Program-made: the position numbers and the translations under genes
Shown: one piece after another, positions 24,002 through 30,533 of the stretch
Position numbering within the stretch: the stretch's first letter is position 1
How the letters are laid out: each line of letters begins with the position of its first letter
Notes under the pieces: model-generated
Database searches by the model: none
Seen by the model: the letters and a program-made list of their open reading frames with translations, nothing else
What the model was told of the DNA's origin: nothing
Virus record (IMG/VR): IMGVR_UViG_3300029953_000003
Strand: one strand, 5' to 3'
Length of the DNA: 30,533 nt
Origin: an uncultured virus (IMG/VR IMGVR_UViG_3300029953_000003)
Lineage: Duplodnaviria; Heunggongvirae; Uroviricota; Caudoviricetes

Positions 24002-24042
24002 CTATAGCCGTTACCACTCAGCGTCGACAATCTCAAGATAAA

Positions 24043-24552
24043 CTACCACGACGAATCTTGCGGAGTAACGCCCGTCGCAAGGACCGCCGCGAGAACCTCC
24101 GGCTGGTGCTCAATCCAAGATCGCGTCAGCGCAACCCCGTCCGCGTGAGGCTGCCGGCACGCATGATCCAGGACATGGCTCGCCACAGGAACAAGGGTCC
24201 TGCAACCCGTTGGCCTCGTATCGAAAATCGTGCATCCCTTGCCGCTTTGCCAGAACACGCAGGCTCCAGTGCGCTTCGTCCCTGGGCGAATGGCCAAAAT
24301 CTCCGAGACGTCAGCGATCACATGCGTCACAGATTCGCCATCGTCGATTACGAAAGGCGAAAAATATCGCTCGGCAATCCACATCCCAGAGGAAAGCCTC
24401 AAGATCATGCTTTCCAGCATCTCCTGAGGGCTCGATCCGAAGTCTTGCGGAGCTGTCGTGCCAGGCCCTTGCCTACAACAAGCGCCACCACACGGCCCAC
24501 AAATAGAGGCGTTCACGGTCTCCGTGTAAACAGGAAGCTTGAGCTCGCTCAC
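24043..24552 (-). CDS. YkgJ-family cysteine-cluster protein
   Basis: CGPCGGACC..GACVFWQSGKGCTIFDTRPTGCR. GTG 24552 overlaps the upstream TGA. Confidence 0.85.
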   Translation of the reverse strand: MSELKLPVYTETVNASICGPCGGACCRQGPGTTAPQDFGSSPQEMLESMILRLSSGMWIAERYFSPFVIDDGESVTHVIADVSEILAIRPGTKRTGACVFWQSGKGCTIFDTRPTGCRTLVPVASHVLDHACRQPHADGVALTRSWIEHQPEVLAAVLATGVTPQDSSW

Positions 24553-25616
24553 GGCCGCAAATCTCCGCGGAATGCCAAGGGTGGAGCTCCTGGCGCCGCC
24601 TGGCCAAAGCGTGCCACGCCGTGTGCGTAGGAAACCGGGTCGACCTCGCCGGCGAACGCCCGGCGGCCGAGCTGTACAGCCGCAAGAGACGCGGTGAAGA
24701 GACCACCAAAAGGTTCCCAGACCACATCGCCTGGACGCGTAGAAGCCTCCACGATACGAGCCATCAGATCGAGCGGCTTCTGGTTTGGATGAGCCGCCTT
24801 GCCGGACGCGGTCATCACCCGCTCGACGCCGCGTAGCGCAGGACGATCCCAGACGTTCGTGACCCCGTGGGGGCACGAAAACCACGAACGCGTCTCAAGC
24901 CACTCCAGATCTGTAGCCACGTGATCGCCGTCGAGCGAGTAGTAAGGCCGCCCCTCCTGGCGGCCGTTCTTGTTCGCATAGTCAGCAAGGCAACGAAACA
25001 TTTTCACCGGCGGCCAGTACCAGAGGTGCCCTTGATCGAAGTATTTGCGCGTCGCCGCGTCCGCCACACCGCACGCGGCGTTGGCCGCGCGCAGGGGCAG
25101 GCCCGCGCGCTCCCACTCTTGCCGCAGCCACTGCTTGAGAACCGACCCCTGGATGCGGGGCTCGACGACGTACTGAACGCAGACCTCGGTGACGACGGGG
25201 AAGCGCCGAATCTTCGTCGTGTTCACGTTGCCGGCGATGTGAGCTACGCCCTTGTTCCAGATGTTGGCGTTCACGTAGCGGAAGCCGCACTGCTCCAGCA
25301 CAGGGTGCGCGGCGGCCCAGCCGATCTCGCTGTTCCAGAACCAGAGCGTTGTGCCGGACTTGGCTCGCGCTGCCCACGCTGTCACGTGCGGCCTGTACCA
25401 ATCGGGGATGCCAAGGTGGTCCGACGTGTCACCCTCGAACCCGAAGACGCCGTAGGCGCCGTCGGAGACGATGACGTCTGGCGCGGGCCACTCATCGTAA
25501 AAACACAGGCTGTTCCCGAAGCGGACCTCGGCGCCATGGCCAGCCCAGCGGTCGACTGCGGGAGGCGATGGCAACGTGATTGCCTTGCCTCTGCTGACGG
25601 TGCTCGAGGTACTCAT
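24549..25616 (-). CDS. Beta-class N6-A/N4-C DNA methyltransferase
   Basis: VIVSDGAY (motif IV variant), NIWNKG, NVW, HPNQKPLDL, VWEPFGG (motif I near the C-terminus). Confidence 0.9.
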   Translation of the reverse strand: MSTSSTVSRGKAITLPSPPAVDRWAGHGAEVRFGNSLCFYDEWPAPDVIVSDGAYGVFGFEGDTSDHLGIPDWYRPHVTAWAARAKSGTTLWFWNSEIGWAAAHPVLEQCGFRYVNANIWNKGVAHIAGNVNTTKIRRFPVVTEVCVQYVVEPRIQGSVLKQWLRQEWERAGLPLRAANAACGVADAATRKYFDQGHLWYWPPVKMFRCLADYANKNGRQEGRPYYSLDGDHVATDLEWLETRSWFSCPHGVTNVWDRPALRGVERVMTASGKAAHPNQKPLDLMARIVEASTRPGDVVWEPFGGLFTASLAAVQLGRRAFAGEVDPVSYAHGVARFGQAAPGAPPLAFRGDLRP

Positions 25617-25686
25617 CGGATCCCTGCCTCCTCCAGTCGACCACGCCGGCACGGCGCGCTTCCTTGAAAGTTCATGGATCGCAATA

Positions 25687-26475
25687 CTACTGGCAGACGT
25701 ACGTGATGCCGTTGTTGGCCAGGGCACAAATGGATGCGTCCGCCTCGCAGCACCCTCCGAACGTGACGTTCGGGTTGCAGAGGGACCCGAGCTGGTGACA
25801 GCACTGCGGCCCGTCGCCATCGTCCTCGCACACGTCCGTGGAGCAGCACTGGTCGTCGGCGAGAGAGCACGTTGCCGCGGTGGCCAGGCAGCACACGGCA
25901 GGAGCGACGAGCACGTCGCACATGTTCGGCGCGCAGCACTGCGGCCCGAGCATCACGTTGCATTTATCCCCCAGGGGCGCGCACGGCGCCTTGGGCTCGG
26001 TCGTCACGCACTCGTTCGCCGAGAACCCGTGCCCCATGGCCGAGTCGTCGATCATGGCCACGGTCGGCCCGATAACGTTGCACTCGATCGGCACAGACCC
26101 CGTGAGCTCCAGGTTGACGGCATCCAGCCGAGCCTGCGCCGCAGCGACCATACCACTCGGCGTGGTGAGGGCCGAAACGCAGAGGATCGTGTCGCACGGG
26201 GGGAGCGCGCTCACCGGCACCGGAATCCCTCCGGCGAGCGGATCCTGCGCCGACGTCGGGATGTTACATGTGATCCAGAGACCCGTACCCGGAACGACCA
26301 CGTCGCCCATGTCGAACCCGCACGTGACGGCCTTCGCTGCGGGAGGATTGCAAGCGCCCTCGTCGAACGGAGAGCAACCCAACCCCGTCGGAGTAGGGAC
26401 GTCACAACTAACGACGATGGCAGAGATGAGTAGACCGAGTAGAACGACCGCGAGAGCGGAGCGAATATGCTTCAT
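25687..26475 (-). CDS. Cys-rich secreted lipoprotein
   Basis: AAGGA SD, hydrophobic signal ending VVSC, repeated C..C....QCC...C modules. Confidence 0.8.
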   Translation of the reverse strand: MKHIRSALAVVLLGLLISAIVVSCDVPTPTGLGCSPFDEGACNPPAAKAVTCGFDMGDVVVPGTGLWITCNIPTSAQDPLAGGIPVPVSALPPCDTILCVSALTTPSGMVAAAQARLDAVNLELTGSVPIECNVIGPTVAMIDDSAMGHGFSANECVTTEPKAPCAPLGDKCNVMLGPQCCAPNMCDVLVAPAVCCLATAATCSLADDQCCSTDVCEDDGDGPQCCHQLGSLCNPNVTFGGCCEADASICALANNGITYVCQ

Positions 26476-26668
26476 TTTTGTATTTCCTTGTTACCAAAGG
26501 CTGTCATGCGCGAACAAAGCAAGGGCCGCTCGCCACCTCCGGAGTCGCGTAGCGATCCATCAGGGGTCGGGCCAACTCGATGAGTAGATCCAAGGGTAGG
26601 AGATCACATCTCACAGATTCCAGACCGAGCAGACGCTGGGCTGAACGCACTTCGTACAGCGCACAAGA

Positions 26669-27220
26669 TCACGAGTTGCCCGGAAAGCGAGGAGGCGGCA
26701 GCGTCGCGTGCCGAGCGGACAGATCGGGCTCCGGATCAGCGACCGTTCCGCCAAGAAGCGTCAGACGGGCCTCTGACGAGACAACCGTCGCGCGCACAGC
26801 AAGAACAGCATCGCGCGCCGCTTTGCCGTGCATGACCCGGGTCTCTTCCTCGAACTCTCCCGTCGGTCGATCGTCGTCAGGAGAAGGACTTGGCCTGTCG
26901 TGCGCCGACTCCACCACCGTCTCACGATCCGTAGATCGCGCAGCGTCAGGCTGGGCCTTCCTCGTCGCCAAAGCCATCAGCGCCTGACTGGGCTCCTTGA
27001 CGGACGTAGCGCGCGTGTGGACGGGATCATTATCCGTCGTCACCGTGACCACACGGACAGGCAATCCTGAAGAAGGGTCAGGCTTCGGGCGCGAGGACAT
27101 CTTCCCTGTAAAAAGGAATGACACGCCGAAGATCTGCGCCATGCGAAAGGCAACAAGCGCAACAACGACAAAAGCAATCAAGGAAACGAGAAGCGCGATC
27201 GGCGCGAGGATGGCGGGCAT
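26669..27220 (-). CDS. Membrane-anchored hypothetical protein
   Basis: N-terminal hydrophobic helix ILAPIALLVSLIAFVVVALVAF and a low-complexity tail. Confidence 0.7.
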   Translation of the reverse strand: MPAILAPIALLVSLIAFVVVALVAFRMAQIFGVSFLFTGKMSSRPKPDPSSGLPVRVVTVTTDNDPVHTRATSVKEPSQALMALATRKAQPDAARSTDRETVVESAHDRPSPSPDDDRPTGEFEEETRVMHGKAARDAVLAVRATVVSSEARLTLLGGTVADPEPDLSARHATLPPPRFPGNS

Positions 27221-27255
27221 GCGGAAGGCTCCGTGCTCTGAACAATAGACGTCGA

Positions 27256-28239
27256 CTACAAGCAGAGATCGGCGTAGTTCGTTACGACGATCTCTTTTGC
27301 CTTGGCGCGTTGTCCCACCTTGCACGAGATCGACCGATCCACACCAACCTCCAGAATGTTCCAGCGACCTTCGTAGAGTGGGCGAGCCATCGCGCTGTTC
27401 GTGAGCATGAACCGAGCTCCTCCAGCGTCAATCTCCGAAAGTGACTCCGCCAGAGCCGCCTGCTCCTTGGGGCCAAATACGCCCGAGTAGTTCGTGAAAT
27501 TCGCCGACTTGCTGGCCGCCACATAAGGCGAGTCCAAGAAGTAGAATGCCCCGCGAACCACCGGAAAGATCGTCTTCATGAAATCGCACGCAGAGAGCGT
27601 CGCGTCCTTGAGAGCGGCACTCCAGGCAAGAAAAGTAGCCTCGCTAGGAACAGAAACGCTCTTGTACTTCCCCACAGGGACGTTGAACTCGCCCTTCTTC
27701 AGGTTCACGCGCTGAAGTCCGTTGTAGCAGGTGCGGTTCAGGTAGATCATCCACGCCGCGCGGCGAACCGCGCTCGCACTGATGCTCTGGTTGAAGTCGT
27801 CACGAATCCCGTAGTAGTGCGCCTGCTGCTCCTCTCGAGACTCTGCCGCGAAGTGAGCCCCGACAAGCTCCAGGAGCTGCGCGCGAACGGCAAGCGGATC
27901 CGCACGCACGCCCTCGTACATCGCGATCAGCGGAGCGTACGCATCCGAGATCACGCAGGGGACCTTCCCGAGATACTTCGTCCCCACCGCGATCGTCCCA
28001 CAGAACGGCTCGCGATAAGCCGTCACGTTCGCCGGCTCCGGAAGAAGATGGGGCACTTTTTCGTGGACCCACCACTTCGCCCCTGCAAACTTCAAAAGAG
28101 ACAGGAGCGCGGATCCGCCTGCGGCCTCGGCAAGAGGCGGCGCCTTGACTCGCATGCGACGCGCACGGGCAGGCCCTGATTGCTTGACAGGTACAGGCGC
28201 AGAAACATCATCGCATGAAACCATGATCGCGTCCCTCAT
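27256..28239 (-). CDS. dam: Dam-family (D12 class) DNA adenine methyltransferase
   Basis: LLKFAGAK, YREPFCG, IYLNRTCYNGL, FNVPVG, FYFLDSPY (DPPY variant), EIVVTNY. Confidence 0.92.
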   Translation of the reverse strand: MRDAIMVSCDDVSAPVPVKQSGPARARRMRVKAPPLAEAAGGSALLSLLKFAGAKWWVHEKVPHLLPEPANVTAYREPFCGTIAVGTKYLGKVPCVISDAYAPLIAMYEGVRADPLAVRAQLLELVGAHFAAESREEQQAHYYGIRDDFNQSISASAVRRAAWMIYLNRTCYNGLQRVNLKKGEFNVPVGKYKSVSVPSEATFLAWSAALKDATLSACDFMKTIFPVVRGAFYFLDSPYVAASKSANFTNYSGVFGPKEQAALAESLSEIDAGGARFMLTNSAMARPLYEGRWNILEVGVDRSISCKVGQRAKAKEIVVTNYADLCL

Positions 28240-28394
28240 CGATCGTCGTCTTCAAACATCCAGGTGAGGCCACAGTCGGGGCACTCGATCCGGCACGGCC
28301 GCGAGCACTCACCGCAGGACACCGCGCGCATCCGCGGGTGAACACACGAAAGGCCCCGCAAAATACGCTCGAACCGTGTCATGTGAGGCATCAT
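28236..28394 (-). CDS. Small Cys-rich zinc-binding protein
   Basis: CVHP..CGEC..C..CPDCG; stop overlaps the dam start. Confidence 0.6.
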   Translation of the reverse strand: MMPHMTRFERILRGLSCVHPRMRAVSCGECSRPCRIECPDCGLTWMFEDDDR

Positions 28395-28418
28395 CAAGCC
28401 AGCCGACCTGGACCTGTG

Positions 28419-28439
28419 GGTGTCGTCCGGTTTTGAGCC
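28419..28439 (+). repeat. 21-bp inverted repeat, left copy
   Basis: GGTGTCGTCCGGTTTTGAGCC; exact reverse complement at 29323-29343. Confidence 0.9.
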
Positions 28440-28464
28440 AAAACCGGACAGATGGTGCGCCATC

Positions 28465-29292
28465 TCAGTTGACCCTCCGCCATGAGGGGAGGGCCAACCC
28501 GCTTTCAAAATGCACCCACTCGCCAAAGACCGAGCGCCACAGATCGACGTCGACCCCGCCGTCTCGCATCCGCCTCTCGACGTGGGCGAGCGCCCACGCA
28601 GGGACAGAGCCCGCTTTCGCATAGGCTACGCCGTCGCGCTGCGTCGGCGGCGCGAACGAACGCGCCGGGCCGAAGGGCGCCAGCACGATCTCCTCGAACG
28701 CCCACGCCTGCCACTCCCGCTCGTAAAGCAGCCCCGATGTCGGGCAGACGATCACCTGGAAGCCGCCCACCGTCCCCGCGATCTCGTCGACGAGGCCGTA
28801 ATTGGGGAGCATGCGCTCGTCGTCCGACGCGGCGACCCAATGCCCAGCCTCGTGCAGAAGCCACTCCATCGCGCCTTCAGGCACGCACACGACCGGGCCG
28901 CACTCGGCCGGTGGCGTGACCTTCTTCTTAGCCTTGTCGAGGCGCTTGCGGATGTCGTCGATCTCCGTCTCGCGGCGGTCGATCTCGTCGCGCTGCTCGC
29001 GGATGTACCGCTCCAGCTCCTCGACCCTCCGGCGCAGCAGTTCCTCCAGCTCCTTGACCTCCCGCTCCGCCTGCTCTCGCTCGCGCCGCGCGATCTCCTC
29101 AGGGTTCGGGGGCAGCGGAGGAGGCGGCGGCACGTAGGGCGTCGATGGGGAGTAGCAGCATGCGTAGATCGTCCCGTCGTCGAGCGGCTGCTTCGCGGGG
29201 CACTGGTAGGGCGCGAGCCCGTCGAGGAGGCCGAGGCCACGTCGCCAGATGTCTGGGCGGAGCTTCGTCAGGACGCTGGTCGGGTCACTCAT
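28465..29292 (-). CDS. Coiled-coil plus HExxH-domain protein (EpmC/YfcM-like motif)
   Basis: Pro-rich linker, E/R-rich coiled coil, WLLHEAGHWVAASDDERMLPNYGL. Confidence 0.7.
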   Translation of the reverse strand: MSDPTSVLTKLRPDIWRRGLGLLDGLAPYQCPAKQPLDDGTIYACCYSPSTPYVPPPPPLPPNPEEIARREREQAEREVKELEELLRRRVEELERYIREQRDEIDRRETEIDDIRKRLDKAKKKVTPPAECGPVVCVPEGAMEWLLHEAGHWVAASDDERMLPNYGLVDEIAGTVGGFQVIVCPTSGLLYEREWQAWAFEEIVLAPFGPARSFAPPTQRDGVAYAKAGSVPAWALAHVERRMRDGGVDVDLWRSVFGEWVHFESGLALPSWRRVN

Positions 29293-29322
29293 CGTCAACT
29301 CCGTTGGCAAAATCGGACACTC

Positions 29323-29343
29323 GGCTCAAAACCGGACGACACC
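29323..29343 (-). repeat. 21-bp inverted repeat, right copy
   Basis: Plus strand GGCTCAAAACCGGACGACACC. Confidence 0.9.
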
Positions 29344-29407
29344 GACCTGTGCACGTCCGCGACGTGAGAGAGACAGAGCCGAATCTGGTGCCAGTGGACA
29401 TGCTCAG

Positions 29408-29467
29408 AGAGTGCTACGGTCAGAATAAAATGTCAAGCGCCAAGCGCGAAGCTCAACGCTTCAAGCT
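29408..29467 (-). promoter_or_regulatory. Promoter with 7-bp tandem repeats at the -35 box
   Basis: TTGACA (29436)-17 nt-CACTCT-6 nt-ATG (29401). Plus strand TCAAGCG CCAAGCG CGAAGCT CAACGCT TCAAGCT. Confidence 0.65.
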
Positions 29468-29469
29468 AT

Positions 29470-30273
29470 CTAACCGATCACCTCGGAGAGGCGACCAGAC
29501 GGGAAAAGGCGACGCGCTCGGCCCTTCAGCTTCTTCTCTGCCAAGATCTCGATCTGGCGTGCGCGCGGACGAGAAACGCCGATCCTGTTGGCGATCTTCT
29601 GATGCGAAAGAAATTCCTCGTCTTCACACATCATCCGATACCAGATCACGTATTTCTCGCGTTCCGTGATAGCGCCGAGAATTTCGATTGCAGCATGGCA
29701 GATTCGATCGAATCGCTCCGAGTCCTCGCGCTCATCTTCAGGTCCAGGAATAGGAGAAGTGAGCGTGTCTCCGATCGTCACGTCGCTCGCGTCGCCAAAG
29801 ACAGGCGTGCCGAAGCTGACGTGTTGAGCACGAGCGGCAATCGCGGAAACAGCGAGCTTATGCGTCATAAACCCGCCTGAAGCCAGCTCCTTTGCCGTGT
29901 GTGCGCCTGCGGTGTGCCCCTTGGACAGGGCAGCCAGCGTATTTCTCGGAACGCAAATCGGCGAACCCACCGCGACGGCTCCCTGAAGCGCGGCCATCAC
30001 CCACTCCACGCCGTAGCTAACGAGAGCGTACTTCGACGGATACCTGTACCGATCCACACCTTTCAAAAACCCAATTCTCGCTTCCTGCAAAAGATCGTCT
30101 CGATCTACCGACGGGCTGAGGTTCCTCTTGAGCGCCTTGTCCACGTATCTGGCCCACACCGGCTCGTGCGCATCGAGGAGCCGAACGCCTGCCCCTTGAT
30201 CCCCGGCCTGATAAGCAAGCACGAGCCGCTTCTCCTCGGCGCCTGCAATCTCCCTGTGCGTCGTTTTTCGCAT
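29470..30273 (-). CDS. Sigma70-family sigma factor (short, group-3/RpoH-like architecture)
   Basis: DDLLQEARIGFLKGVDRY..VSYGVEWV (region 2); ITEREKYVI..SHQKIANRIGVSRPRARQIE (region 4). Confidence 0.88.
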   Translation of the reverse strand: MRKTTHREIAGAEEKRLVLAYQAGDQGAGVRLLDAHEPVWARYVDKALKRNLSPSVDRDDLLQEARIGFLKGVDRYRYPSKYALVSYGVEWVMAALQGAVAVGSPICVPRNTLAALSKGHTAGAHTAKELASGGFMTHKLAVSAIAARAQHVSFGTPVFGDASDVTIGDTLTSPIPGPEDEREDSERFDRICHAAIEILGAITEREKYVIWYRMMCEDEEFLSHQKIANRIGVSRPRARQIEILAEKKLKGRARRLFPSGRLSEVIG

Positions 30274-30338
30274 GCCGTGTCACTATTGGCGCGCGGTACG
30301 TCCAGGTCAAGCGCCAAGCGCCACGCTTGACGCTTGAC

Positions 30339-30533
30339 CTATCGGCGCCTCATCGGCTTCGCCTCGGACTTTGCCTTCACCGGCTTAGCCTTCGCCCTGC
30401 TCGCCACCGGCTTCACCACCACGGGCTTCGCCCTGGTCGCCACGGGCTTCGCCCCGCGCTTCACCACCACCGGCTTCGCCCCGCGCTTCACCACCACGGG
30501 CTTCGCCCTGGTCGCCACCGGCTTCGCCCCGCG
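30339..30533 (-). CDS. C-terminus of a histone-H1-like basic repeat protein (truncated by the window edge)
   Basis: RGAKPVATRAKPVVVKRGAKPVVVKRGAKPVATRAKPVVVKPVASRAKAKPVKAKSEAKPMRRR*, encoded by tandem 21-27 bp repeats. Confidence 0.75.
   Translation of the reverse strand, partial: RGAKPVATRAKPVVVKRGAKPVVVKRGAKPVATRAKPVVVKPVASRAKAKPVKAKSEAKPMRRR

Overview
High-GC segment with almost all genes on the minus strand, densely packed and often joined by ATGA/GTGA overlaps. It looks like the replication, regulation and accessory region of a large phage or prophage. No virion genes are visible. A myxobacterial host is inferred from two Cys-rich lipoproteins. Recognisable proteins: a PcrA/UvrD helicase with an intein (missing from the ORF track, runs off the left edge), a PTH2-family peptidyl-tRNA hydrolase, three DNA methyltransferases, an HNH nuclease, DUF3307, an ASCH-domain protein, two XRE regulators, a lipase-type hydrolase, two sigma70 factors plus a sigma region-4 protein, a divergent family-B DNA polymerase, a YkgJ-like protein and an H1-like basic repeat protein. 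Four unexplained features stand out. (1) A 45-70 bp double-hairpin repeat has ten copies, seven inside reading frames and two pairs arranged as inverted doublets. (2) A lone plus-strand cassette carries PTH2 followed by three tRNA-like RNAs with non-canonical anticodon arms. (3) Many promoters place the ATG at about +1 (leaderless), several with 7-bp tandem repeats at the -35 box. (4) A perfect 21-bp inverted repeat flanks one gene. All family assignments come from motif recognition by eye; no searches were run.
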